Source of the DNA: Ruminiclostridium sp.
GTDB taxonomy: Bacteria > Bacillota > Clostridia > Oscillospirales > Ruminococcaceae
NCBI GenBank assembly: GCA_017465545.1
Contig: JAFTVY010000054.1
Location: forward strand, 4,613 to 68,612
DNA: 64,000 nucleotides
Reading direction: 5' to 3'
The position numbers and the translations under genes were made by a program. Positions 1-8,892 of this stretch are shown here, piece by piece (within the stretch, counting starts at the first letter, position 1; the number at the start of each line of letters is the position of its first letter). The notes below the pieces were generated by a model. The model did no database searches, was not told the DNA's origin, and saw only the letters and a program-made list of their open reading frames with translations.

Positions 1-1
1 A

Positions 2-85
2 TACGAGGGTATGCGCCACAGCATATTGCAGGAAAGGGAAAGGGTATCGGTCTACGGGGATATTGTCCGTATTGTCAGGGCATAA
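2..85 (+). CDS. 3' end of a probable alpha/beta hydrolase (partial, runs off the window start)
   Basis: Frame 2 reads YEGMRHSILQERERVSVYGDIVRIVRA*, resembling the 'Y.G.RHEILNE..R..VY.DI' C-terminus of lysophospholipase-like hydrolases. Not in the ORF track. Confidence 0.5.
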   Translation, partial: YEGMRHSILQERERVSVYGDIVRIVRA

Positions 86-111
86 CGGATTACAGTCTGT
101 AGCTGTACCTA

Positions 112-474
112 TCAGTGATAGCTTATCGGCTTCTGCCCGAATTTTAAAAGTATTTTTGAATACAGCTCCATATCAATACTATAAAAGGGAGTTGAGCTTT
201 TCTTCATATCATTTTCATAAAGCTCAAAATTCATAAGTATTTCGCTGTAATCCTCTGTGTGGTAGAAAACGCACAGATAATAGCGGTTTTTCTCCGCATA
301 ATAGTTGACGGGAGTCAGAGTGAGTACGTTATTTATATCCTCTTCCAGCGACGCTGTAAGCTCGGCTGGCTTTAAATAGCAGAACTGCACCTTTTTTGAA
401 CAGGGCATGGTTTTTGCTTTTTTTGCAAGAGGCGGCTCGGCAGGCGTTTTATTTTTCTTGAAAAATCCGAACAT
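112..474 (-). CDS. hypothetical protein (120 aa)
   Basis: ORF with AGGAG RBS; no recognisable motif. Confidence 0.6.
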   Translation of the reverse strand: MFGFFKKNKTPAEPPLAKKAKTMPCSKKVQFCYLKPAELTASLEEDINNVLTLTPVNYYAEKNRYYLCVFYHTEDYSEILMNFELYENDMKKSSTPFYSIDMELYSKILLKFGQKPISYH

Positions 475-660
475 GACAGCTTCTCCTTATAAATATCTTA
501 TTTTCTAAAGTATAACACAGCTGTCAGAAAAAGTCCATATTTATTTTATTCTTTTAATCTAATTATTAAACTAATTTCTGTCTTTTTTCACGGTATTTTC
601 ACATAACGGGGATATACTGTAAGCATAGAACAAACCACAGCAGGAGAAAGGAAGTTTACT

Positions 661-2031
661 ATGAACGGTAACAATTTCGATAGCGGCTATAATAACGGTT
701 ATAGTCAGAATTATAATCAGTCCTATGACGTTAATAATAATCCTGTTCAGACTGGGACTCCGCCTCAGCCTAAAAAGGAAGGTAAGGCAGGCTTTGTGGC
801 AGGTATCATAGCAACCGCACTTGTAGTAGGCGGCGTAGCTGGTTTTGCAGGCTCTGTAATAGGCAACAATCTCGGTACGGTTTCGCTCCCCACCATAAGC
901 GGAAGTGAAACACCAGGTGAGGATAACGGAAATACAAGCTCTTCTGAAGAGGAGAAGACCGAAAGCTCAATACCAAAGCCTGAGACTACCATTGATCTGT
1001 CAGGTGCTCCGGTAACAAGACCTCTTGACGAAGAAAAGATAAACGATGCAACCAACAGCCATCTTCTTAACGCCGAGGAGCTTTATGCCAAGGTAAAGGA
1101 TACCGTGGTACTGCTTTATAACTATCAGGACGTGCAGGGCTATGACGAACCCGTGCTTTCGGGTAGTGCCAGCGGTGTAGTATTTACCGCCGACGGATAT
1201 ATCATAACCAACGCCCACGTTGTAGCAAACGCTACGAAAATGACAGCGGTAGTATATGATTACGAAAACGACGAAATCACCCACGAATACGAGGCTACGA
1301 TAATAGGAAGCGATACCTCCACCGACCTTGCGGTAATAAAGGTAAACCGTGACGAGCCCTTCAAATACGCACTTCTGGGCAACTCTGAGACAGTCAGGGT
1401 AGGTCAGGATATATGTGTACTCGGTAACCCCAAGTCCCTTGTAAGCACTCTTACAAAGGGTATAGTATCAGGACTCAACAGAGCTTCATATTCAGGTAGC
1501 GGATACGGCTGCAGCAGTATCCAGATAGATGCGGCTATAAACTCAGGTAACAGCGGCGGCGGACTTTTCGATATGTACGGCAACGTTATCGGCATCATCG
1601 ACTATAAGATGGTTTCCACTGGCGGTACTACTTCAGTTGAAAATATCGGCTTCGCAATCTCTATAGACGAAGCAAAGCCCGTTATAAACGATCTTATGGT
1701 TCACGGTTACGTTACAAACCGTCCCGGTCTTGGCATAAACGGTCAGGATATCAGCGAATACAATGCACAGCGTGAGGGTATCCCCTATGCAGGCGTGTAC
1801 GTTACCTATATTGCCGAGGATAAGCCGGTAGCAAAGAGCGGACTTCGTGAGGGCGACGTTATCACAGCGGTTGACGGTGTTCTTACTCCCACAATTAACT
1901 CTATTCAGACCGAGGTTGTAAAGCACAACGTAGGCGATACGGTAGAGCTTACGATTTACCGTGCAGGTATCACGGGCAAGTATAAGGAAATGAAAGTTAC
2001 AGTTGAGCTGTCAGAGCTTAACCTTCAGTAA
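661..2031 (+). CDS. htrA: HtrA/DegP-family membrane serine protease with PDZ domain
   Basis: TNAHVV, DLAVIK and INSGNSGG catalytic motifs, one TM helix, C-terminal PDZ (GLREGDVITAVDG). Confidence 0.93.
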   Translation: MNGNNFDSGYNNGYSQNYNQSYDVNNNPVQTGTPPQPKKEGKAGFVAGIIATALVVGGVAGFAGSVIGNNLGTVSLPTISGSETPGEDNGNTSSSEEEKTESSIPKPETTIDLSGAPVTRPLDEEKINDATNSHLLNAEELYAKVKDTVVLLYNYQDVQGYDEPVLSGSASGVVFTADGYIITNAHVVANATKMTAVVYDYENDEITHEYEATIIGSDTSTDLAVIKVNRDEPFKYALLGNSETVRVGQDICVLGNPKSLVSTLTKGIVSGLNRASYSGSGYGCSSIQIDAAINSGNSGGGLFDMYGNVIGIIDYKMVSTGGTTSVENIGFAISIDEAKPVINDLMVHGYVTNRPGLGINGQDISEYNAQREGIPYAGVYVTYIAEDKPVAKSGLREGDVITAVDGVLTPTINSIQTEVVKHNVGDTVELTIYRAGITGKYKEMKVTVELSELNLQ

Positions 2032-2068
2032 AGCGTACAAGATTTTTTCATAAATAACTCCTCAAAGC

Positions 2069-2096
2069 AAAAGAGACGGTGAAAGCCGTCTCTTTT
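2069..2096 (+). terminator. intrinsic terminator after htrA
   Basis: AAAAGAGACGG-tgaaag-CCGTCTCTTTT hairpin. Confidence 0.8.
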
Positions 2097-2115
2097 GTTC
2101 TTTTCTCATAAAAAA

Positions 2116-2140
2116 TCAGGAGAGCCTGAGGCTCTCCTGA
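2116..2140 (-). terminator. terminator after the TetR gene
   Basis: TCAGGAGAGCC-tga-GGCTCTCCTGA perfect hairpin. Confidence 0.75.
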
Positions 2141-2160
2141 ATCGCTGTTTCTTTTTTTAT

Positions 2161-2871
2161 TTATATACCCTTTAAAAGATTTTCAAGCGCCTTGTCGCTG
2201 GTGTCATAAACGAATTTTCTGAATTCCTGAAGTACGTTCTTGCCTGCGGCACGATAGTCCATAGAAAGACATTTCTCTATTTTTTCAGGGCGTAACTCCT
2301 TGGGTATATTATGTATACCCATAATTGCATTGAGTGCGCCACCTATACGAAGCTCAAGAGAAGCAGAGCTTTCCGTAGTCATCAGCGTTGCGTATTCGAT
2401 ACCTGATACAAGCATTTCCGCTTCGGCAAACTGCTCGTCTGTCCAGTCGGGACAGTATTCTCTGAATACGTTCTTCGCTCTCTTGGTGTCGTTTCTTCTT
2501 ATCATATCCAGAGTGATCTCGGATTTGTATGCGGATAGGTAAAAATCCTTTATATTGGCGTCCTCCTCGCAGGCTGCCGCCATTGAGGTAAGCTCAAAGC
2601 ATATTGCAAGTACCAGGTTTACACCCTCGTCAATATATTTTTTCATTTCCTTCCACTGAAAATCTATCAGCATTTCAACAAGAGCCCCCAGAAGATATTC
2701 CTTTGTAGGGAAATAAAACGTAAGGTTTCCTGTACTCATACCAAGCTCGTCACTTATAGCCTTGATGGTTGTTTTAGAATATCCCTTTTCTAAAAACATC
2801 CTCGTAGCTACTCGTATAATTTCGAGCTTTGTAAGGTCTGATTTACTTATCCGTGCCATACCGTCCTCCAA
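2161..2871 (-). CDS. TetR/AcrR family transcriptional regulator
   Basis: N-terminal HTH: ATRMFLEKGYSKTTIKAISDELGMSTGNLTFYFPTKE. Confidence 0.92.
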   Translation of the reverse strand: MEDGMARISKSDLTKLEIIRVATRMFLEKGYSKTTIKAISDELGMSTGNLTFYFPTKEYLLGALVEMLIDFQWKEMKKYIDEGVNLVLAICFELTSMAAACEEDANIKDFYLSAYKSEITLDMIRRNDTKRAKNVFREYCPDWTDEQFAEAEMLVSGIEYATLMTTESSASLELRIGGALNAIMGIHNIPKELRPEKIEKCLSMDYRAAGKNVLQEFRKFVYDTSDKALENLLKGI

Positions 2872-2984
2872 ATAGAATTGTTTGCTATCTTATTTTAGCA
2901 TATATACTACATAATGTCAAGAGTATAAATTAAATTTGTTTATTTTTTACAATATCGGGGAAATACTATTTATACGGATGCCGT

Positions 2985-3026
2985 TTATCGCATAAATTGA
3001 CAATATATGCGATAATATGATATAAT
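2985..3026 (+). promoter_or_regulatory. sigmaA promoter overlapped by a 31-bp palindromic operator
   Basis: TTGACA (2997-3002) and TGaTATAAT (-10 at 3021-3026). TTATCGCATA-a-ATTG-a-CAAT-a-TATGCGATAA is centred on the -35 box. Confidence 0.75.
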
Positions 3027-3070
3027 TACAATACGTTAAAAGTTAGTGAAATAACCTTCGGAGGTCGCTT

Positions 3071-3820
3071 ATGAACGAATATCTGCAAAGTGTAAACGCA
3101 GGCTACTTCTACCTGCTGGTAGCCGGTGTAATGGCTTTTATCACAGCCATATGTGTAATCTTCCTTGTGAAGAGCTACAGAGCGGGAGTTAAAATAGGTA
3201 TGGACAAAAAGGTGCTGAAAAAGACCATTATGGCAAGTGCATCCTTTACTCTTCTGCCTTCCATCAGCATATTGCTGGGCGTTATCGCATTAAGCGGTAC
3301 GCTGGGAGTACCCTTCTCCTGGCTTCGTTTATCGGTTATCGGGGCGTTACAGTACGAGCTTAACGTTGCCGAGATGTCCGCACAGAGTCTTGGTATGCCG
3401 GGACTGAACGTATCAGGACTTGACCCCTCCGCCTTTACGACAATAGCTCTTGTTATGACGGTGGGAATTTTAGGCGGTGTACTATGCTGTATATTCTTCC
3501 TTAAAAAATATCTGAAAAAGCTTTCCGGCAAGCCGAAAAAGGCAGGCGAAACGGCTAAGAAGAGCTTCGGCGCATACGCTACGACAGCTATGTTTATAGG
3601 TCTTTGTGCCGCATATATCGGCTCTTATATCGGTAAAGCCATACCAAGAGAGGGTTCTGATATAATGCCGCTTATCGTAGCGGCAATAGCTGGTATCGTT
3701 ATGGCGGTATTTGAGTTCTTTATAAGAAAAAAGAACGTAAAGGTGCTTGAAAACTTCAGCCTTGCGGCAAGTATGCTTATAGCAATGGCGGCGGCAGTCG
3801 GAATTGCCGCAATTATATAA
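3071..3820 (+). CDS. DUF5058-like membrane protein
   Basis: Multi-TM; LGVPFSWLRLSVIGALQYE motif typical of the family as I recall it. Confidence 0.75.
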   Translation: MNEYLQSVNAGYFYLLVAGVMAFITAICVIFLVKSYRAGVKIGMDKKVLKKTIMASASFTLLPSISILLGVIALSGTLGVPFSWLRLSVIGALQYELNVAEMSAQSLGMPGLNVSGLDPSAFTTIALVMTVGILGGVLCCIFFLKKYLKKLSGKPKKAGETAKKSFGAYATTAMFIGLCAAYIGSYIGKAIPREGSDIMPLIVAAIAGIVMAVFEFFIRKKNVKVLENFSLAASMLIAMAAAVGIAAII

Positions 3821-3833
3821 AGGAGGTAGCGGT

Positions 3834-4541
3834 ATGAATAACGAAAATATTATGGTAACTGAGGAAATATCCGCAGAGCAGCAGTTCTTTAATGATTTCA
3901 ACAAAAGCCTCCACAAGATAGGCAGAATATGTCTTATAGCCGCAATTATCATCCTTGTTGCCGTCCCCTTTGTATACGGTGCGGCAAACAACGTTATGCC
4001 TGATATAGGCGGATTTTTAAACGGACTTTTCAGAGTAGGTATTATCTATTATCCCGTAGCCCTTGCTGAGTTTTTGGTATATGCTCCTATGCTGGGCGTG
4101 GGCGGTAGCTATCTTTCCTTTATTACGGGAAATATCACCAATATGAAGATACCCTGCGTAATGAATGCCAAGGATATAGCAGGCACAGAGCCGGGTACTC
4201 CCCAGCACGAGATTATTTCTACAATCAGCGTTGCCACAAGCGCTATCGTTACAACTCTCGTAATAGTAGTGGGCGTTATCCTTTTAGCACCGCTTCAGCC
4301 GGTGCTGAGCAGTGAGCTTTTAGCTCCCGCCTTCAATAACGTAGTACCTGCACTCTTTGGAGCATTAGGTCTTAAATACTTCCTTGACAGCCCGAAGATT
4401 GCAGTGATCCCCTTACTTTTACTGTCCTTACTTTGCATTTTTATCCCATCACTTATAAGTCAGACAAGTCTGCTTTTACTCCCAAGTGGCGGTCTTGCAC
4501 TTGCAATCGGTTGGTTCTTATTCAAAAAGAATAAGCTATAA
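3834..4541 (+). CDS. multi-pass membrane protein, partner of DUF5058
   Basis: ATG at 3834 after GGAGG; GGSYLSFITGNITNMKIPC motif; hydrophobic helices. Confidence 0.8.
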   Translation: MNNENIMVTEEISAEQQFFNDFNKSLHKIGRICLIAAIIILVAVPFVYGAANNVMPDIGGFLNGLFRVGIIYYPVALAEFLVYAPMLGVGGSYLSFITGNITNMKIPCVMNAKDIAGTEPGTPQHEIISTISVATSAIVTTLVIVVGVILLAPLQPVLSSELLAPAFNNVVPALFGALGLKYFLDSPKIAVIPLLLLSLLCIFIPSLISQTSLLLLPSGGLALAIGWFLFKKNKL

Positions 4542-4550
4542 GGAGGAAGT

Positions 4551-5999
4551 ATGGAAACAGCACTTATAATTCTTGGTATAATTTTCGGACTGATAGTATT
4601 ACTGCTTCTTGTTATGGTTGTAAGAGCGGCAAGCTTAAAGCCTCATAAATCAAGGAATGCGGTATTTGTTCCCGATAAGAGCGACAGAGCGAAAAGCTAC
4701 GGCGAAAAGCTGTCAAGGATGATACAAAGTGAAACGGTATCCAGCCGTTTTGATAGCGACAGAACGAAGTTCTATGAATTTCATAAAACCCTGGAGGAAT
4801 TATTTCCTCTTGTACATAAGAATCTCACTAAAAACGTCTTTGACGGCAGTCTGCTTTTCAAGTGGCAGGGAAAAAGTGATAAGAACCCCATTATGCTTAT
4901 GAGCCATCAGGACGTTGTCGAGGCAAACGGCAACTGGAAGCATCCGCCCTTCAGCGGTCATATTGACGAAGAGGGCAGAGTATGGGGCAGAGGTACCGTC
5001 GATACTAAGGGCAGCCTGTTCTGTATATTCCAGGCGGTAGAGGAGCTTCTTGCAGAGGGTGTGACTCCCGTTCAGGACGTATATATTGCAAGTAGCTGTA
5101 CCGAGGAATGGAGCGGCAACGGTGCGCCTGCAATAGCAAGGTATCTTAAAAAGAATAATATAGAAATTGCGCTTTTGCTTGACGAGGGCGGTATGATACT
5201 CGAAGAGCCTATAAAGGGCGTAAAGGGTATATACGCTATGGTGGGCGTAGTGGAAAAGGGCTACGGCGACCTTAAATTCATCGCAAGAGGTAAGGGCGGT
5301 CACGCCAGCGCACCTCCGAAAAATACTCCCCTTGTAAGACTCGGAAAATTTATGGCATATGCCGAAAAGCATAATCCCTTCAAGGCGAAGCTTACTCCCA
5401 CCGTTACTGAGATGTTTACAAGAATAGCTCCCAATATGAGCTTTCCTTTAAGACTTGTCTTTGCCAATCTGTGGATCACAAAACCGCTTTTAGCAAAGCT
5501 GTTACCCGGTATCAGCTCCGCCGCAGGTGCGATGACAAAGACGACCTTAGCCTTTACAAAGGCGGAAGGCTCCGCAGGTCTTAACGTACTGCCGCAGGAG
5601 GCCTACGTTACGGGTAATATGCGCTTTATCCATCATCAGCCGAATGAGGAGAGTATAAGGATAATCAGCGAAATGGCGAAGAAATTCGATATAGAGACTG
5701 AAATAATATATCAGGATAAGCCCTGCCCTATAGTGGATTATAAATCAGACGCCTTTGCCCTTGTGGAAAAGGTCTGCAATAAGGTTTACCCCGACGTACT
5801 GGTAAGCCCTTACGTAATGACTGGCGGCACAGACTGTAAATTCTATAGCGAGGTCAGCCGCAACAGTATAAGATTTGCACCTTTGTACATAAATCCGGGA
5901 CAGTACAGCACCATCCACGGACTGGATGAAAATATCTACAGCGGCGCATTACCGGGCTGTGTAGATTTTTATAAGGAAATTATAAAGACAGAAAAATAA
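4551..5999 (+). CDS. M20/M25/M40 family metallopeptidase (membrane-anchored, Gly-X carboxypeptidase-like)
   Basis: SHQDVV, GRGTVDTKG, EE, GGHAS, GGTD and IHG motifs; N-terminal TM. Confidence 0.9.
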   Translation: METALIILGIIFGLIVLLLLVMVVRAASLKPHKSRNAVFVPDKSDRAKSYGEKLSRMIQSETVSSRFDSDRTKFYEFHKTLEELFPLVHKNLTKNVFDGSLLFKWQGKSDKNPIMLMSHQDVVEANGNWKHPPFSGHIDEEGRVWGRGTVDTKGSLFCIFQAVEELLAEGVTPVQDVYIASSCTEEWSGNGAPAIARYLKKNNIEIALLLDEGGMILEEPIKGVKGIYAMVGVVEKGYGDLKFIARGKGGHASAPPKNTPLVRLGKFMAYAEKHNPFKAKLTPTVTEMFTRIAPNMSFPLRLVFANLWITKPLLAKLLPGISSAAGAMTKTTLAFTKAEGSAGLNVLPQEAYVTGNMRFIHHQPNEESIRIISEMAKKFDIETEIIYQDKPCPIVDYKSDAFALVEKVCNKVYPDVLVSPYVMTGGTDCKFYSEVSRNSIRFAPLYINPGQYSTIHGLDENIYSGALPGCVDFYKEIIKTEK

Positions 6000-6020
6000 A
6001 AATTGTCGGGAAAAATTCAA

Positions 6021-6129
6021 AATGAAATCGTGCCTATGGCGGATGAAATATTTGCCTTCGGCAAATGTTGTGGAATCAATAGCCAAAGGCAATTGATTCC
6101 ACAACTTCGTGCAAGGCACGGAACATCAC
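6021..6129. repeat. REP-like array of short hairpins (copy 1)
   Basis: GCC-tat-GGC, ATTTGCC-ttc-GGCAAAT, GTTGTGGAATCAAT...ATTGATTCCACAAC and TTCGTGC-aag-GCACGGAA. The reverse complement matches units at 22453-22490. Confidence 0.7.
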
Positions 6130-6152
6130 TTTTTAATTTGTCCTTGACAAAT

Positions 6153-6189
6153 AAAAAAATCCGCTTCATTTTCAGAAGCGGATTTTTTT
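6153..6189. terminator. bidirectional intrinsic terminator
   Basis: A7-TCCGCTTC-loop-GAAGCGGA-T7 between convergent genes. Confidence 0.85.
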
Positions 6190-6194
6190 GGTAT

Positions 6195-7067
6195 TCAGCA
6201 GGCCTTCGCTTTGCTGTTTCTGTAGCTGTTGGGGGATACGGAAACGTATTTCTTGAATATTCTCGCAAAATAGTTGGGATCGTTGAATCCGCATTTTGCG
6301 GAGATCTCTCCCATTGAAAGAGAGGTTTCCGTAAGTAATGAGCAGGCGTGCTTTATTCTCAGCTGAAGGAGGTATCTGTGGGGTGTTACTCCGTAGGCTT
6401 CTGAAAAAAGTCTTATAAAGTGCCTTTGTGAATAATGGGACAGCAGTAAAAGATCGTTCATGCACACGTCCTCGGTGAAATGATTCTCCATATGAGCCGC
6501 CGCATAGGCAATGCCGTCGATCTTGTCGCTGTTATTACTGTCCTGTGTGTTTGTATACTGTCTTGATAATTCTACTACCATCTGTAAAAAGTAAGAAAGA
6601 ACAAGTGTTTTCTTTCCCGGCTCCTCCGATTCATATTCTTTTATCGCTGTGCTTATCAGGCTTTCAAGAGCGCTGAATTCCTTCATAGCGAGCTTTAGTT
6701 TATTCTGATACCCCTGAGTTTTGATGAAATGCGGTTCTATCACGAACAGCGAATGAAAACCGGGGTATTTTCTGATGTCATAGGACGTCAGCATTTTCGG
6801 ATCGAACATTACGTTGCATATCCTGAAATTTTCTGCGTTTGTGTAGCCGTGGGCTACCTCACTGCCGACTACAAAGACATCGCCCTTGCTTATATCAAAG
6901 GTCTCGTCTCCGACCTTGTGCACCGCCTTGCCCTCCAGTACGATAACAAGCTCGGAAAAGTCTCTGTGTACGTGCATGAACATATCGTTGTTTTCGTGGA
7001 AGCCATAACCGATGTGGAAGGGAAATTCCGTGTCATCGGTAAAAAAACTGAGCAGCATCCAGTCCAT
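6195..7067 (-). CDS. AraC family regulator with cupin sensor domain
   Basis: HVHRDFSEL cupin; C-terminal ISAKCGFNDPNYFARIFKK double HTH. Confidence 0.93.
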   Translation of the reverse strand: MDWMLLSFFTDDTEFPFHIGYGFHENNDMFMHVHRDFSELVIVLEGKAVHKVGDETFDISKGDVFVVGSEVAHGYTNAENFRICNVMFDPKMLTSYDIRKYPGFHSLFVIEPHFIKTQGYQNKLKLAMKEFSALESLISTAIKEYESEEPGKKTLVLSYFLQMVVELSRQYTNTQDSNNSDKIDGIAYAAAHMENHFTEDVCMNDLLLLSHYSQRHFIRLFSEAYGVTPHRYLLQLRIKHACSLLTETSLSMGEISAKCGFNDPNYFARIFKKYVSVSPNSYRNSKAKAC

Positions 7068-7081
7068 GTAAAACCTCCCTT

Positions 7082-7834
7082 TTATTTTCCGTAGGGAGCA
7101 TCAAATTCTCTTTCAGCCTTTGCAACCGCCTCTTCAAGAGTCATACCCGCAAAGTTCTGCGCACCTAAGAATCTGCCTGATTTCTTATCGTCAACGAATG
7201 CGCCTACCACGATGCCGGGGATTGCGCTTTCGGGAGCGTTGGGAGCGTGCTGTCCGCCAAGATCGGTTCTGCACCAGCCGGGATCGGTAAGGTTTATCAT
7301 AACGTCCGTGCCGTTTACTGTAGAGCCCAAGTCAATAGTAATCTTATCGAGTGCCGCCTTACTTGCAGAATAGCCTGCCTGCTGAGGCTCTAAAGCAATA
7401 CCGCTTGTGGTATTTAAGATTCTGCCAAAGCCCTTTGCTATCATTTTAGGCATAAAGTGATAGCATATCATAGCGGGGGCTATCGTGTTTATCTTGAAGC
7501 TCTCTGTATAGTCGGAAACGGGAGTGCTGAAATATTCTGTTCTGTAGGCAATCTGCATACCTGCGTTGTTGAGTACGATATCAACGTCAACGCCGAAGCT
7601 GTCGATTTCGTTCAGCATTGCGGCTACAGAGTCAAGATCTGATAATTCTGCCGCTACGGCATAAGCCTCTACGCCAAGTGCCTTTACTTCTTCCAAAAGC
7701 TTTTCCGTGTGGCTCTTGTCTCTGCTGTGGAGAATAAGATTACAACCCTGCTCAGCCATAAATAATGCTGTCAGTCTGCCGATGCCTCTTGCGGCACCTG
7801 TAATGAATGCCCATCTGTTCTTTACACTTATCAT
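7082..7834 (-). CDS. short-chain dehydrogenase/reductase
   Basis: TGAARGIG, LNNAG and YSASK catalytic motif. Confidence 0.92.
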   Translation of the reverse strand: MISVKNRWAFITGAARGIGRLTALFMAEQGCNLILHSRDKSHTEKLLEEVKALGVEAYAVAAELSDLDSVAAMLNEIDSFGVDVDIVLNNAGMQIAYRTEYFSTPVSDYTESFKINTIAPAMICYHFMPKMIAKGFGRILNTTSGIALEPQQAGYSASKAALDKITIDLGSTVNGTDVMINLTDPGWCRTDLGGQHAPNAPESAIPGIVVGAFVDDKKSGRFLGAQNFAGMTLEEAVAKAEREFDAPYGK

Positions 7835-7860
7835 TGGTTTACTTTCCTTTCCGTTTTATC

Positions 7861-8883
7861 TTATGCTAATATTTCTGCCTTGGCCTTTTCAAGTGCGGCA
7901 ATGACCTTGTCGCACCACTTGTCGAATTCTTCGTCCTCTACCTGTAATTCCTTATGAGCCAGAACGTATTCTATAACCTTTCTTACGCCCTGGTCGAATC
8001 TTACTTCGGGGTTAAAGCCAGGTACCGCTTTTTTGAGCTTGCTATTGTCGAATACTACGGAATTTGCCTTATCTCCGATAAGCGAGCCGTTGAAATCATA
8101 ATGGCTTACCTTATGAAGGAAATCGGAGGGTACGTAGTATGCATTCAGCTTTACGCCCAGCACGTCTGCAATAGCGGAATAAATCTGATTCCAGGTAAGG
8201 GTTTCGTCGGTCGTTATCTGGAAGCTTTCGCCTATGGCGTGGATGTTACCCATAAGACCGATAAAGCCCTTTGCAAAGTCTGTGTTGAAGGTCATAGTCC
8301 AGAGTGAGGTGCCGTCGCCGTGGATAATAACCGGCTTACCCTCCATCATTCTCTTTACTACCTGCCAGCTGCCCTTGTCACCGTGTACGCCTAAAGGAAT
8401 ACTTCTTTCGTCATAGGTGTGACTGGGACGGATAATCGTTATCGGGAAGCCGTTTTCACGGTACATCTTCATTAAGAATTCTTCGCAGGCTATCTTGTTT
8501 CTTGAATATTCCCAGTAGGGATTTGCAAGGGGAGTGCCTTCGTTTATGCGATAGTCGGATAAGGGCTTCTGATAAGCAGATGCGGAGCTTATATACATAA
8601 ACTGCTTTACCTTGCCGTTAAAGAGTCTGTAATCTCTTTCAAGCTGGGCGGGTACAAAGCCGATGAAATCGCATACCGTGTCAAATTCCATACCCTGAAG
8701 TGCCGCCGACGCTTCAGCCTCGTTATTGATGTCAGCCTTTATCACCTTCACGTTTTCGGGTAATTCTGCCGTTCTTGTGCCTCTGTTGATAAGGTACAGC
8801 TCCCAGTCAGGGTTTTCTGCCAGCTGTCTTGTGATAGCCATACTGATAGTACCTGTACCGCCTATGAATAACGCTTTTTTCAT
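7861..8883 (-). CDS. NAD-dependent epimerase/dehydratase family (extended SDR)
   Basis: GGTGTIS, YISSASAY and YSRNK motifs. Confidence 0.88.
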   Translation of the reverse strand: MKKALFIGGTGTISMAITRQLAENPDWELYLINRGTRTAELPENVKVIKADINNEAEASAALQGMEFDTVCDFIGFVPAQLERDYRLFNGKVKQFMYISSASAYQKPLSDYRINEGTPLANPYWEYSRNKIACEEFLMKMYRENGFPITIIRPSHTYDERSIPLGVHGDKGSWQVVKRMMEGKPVIIHGDGTSLWTMTFNTDFAKGFIGLMGNIHAIGESFQITTDETLTWNQIYSAIADVLGVKLNAYYVPSDFLHKVSHYDFNGSLIGDKANSVVFDNSKLKKAVPGFNPEVRFDQGVRKVIEYVLAHKELQVEDEEFDKWCDKVIAALEKAKAEILA

Positions 8884-8892
8884 AATTCCTCC

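Noticed and set aside
661-790. Asn/Tyr/Gln-rich low-complexity N-terminus of HtrA
   Set aside because: Disordered cytoplasmic tails are common in Firmicutes HtrA proteins.
6003-6317. Plus-strand ORF overlapping the AraC 3' end
   Set aside because: It is a shadow of AraC plus the palindromic repeat and terminator; no RBS or family motif.
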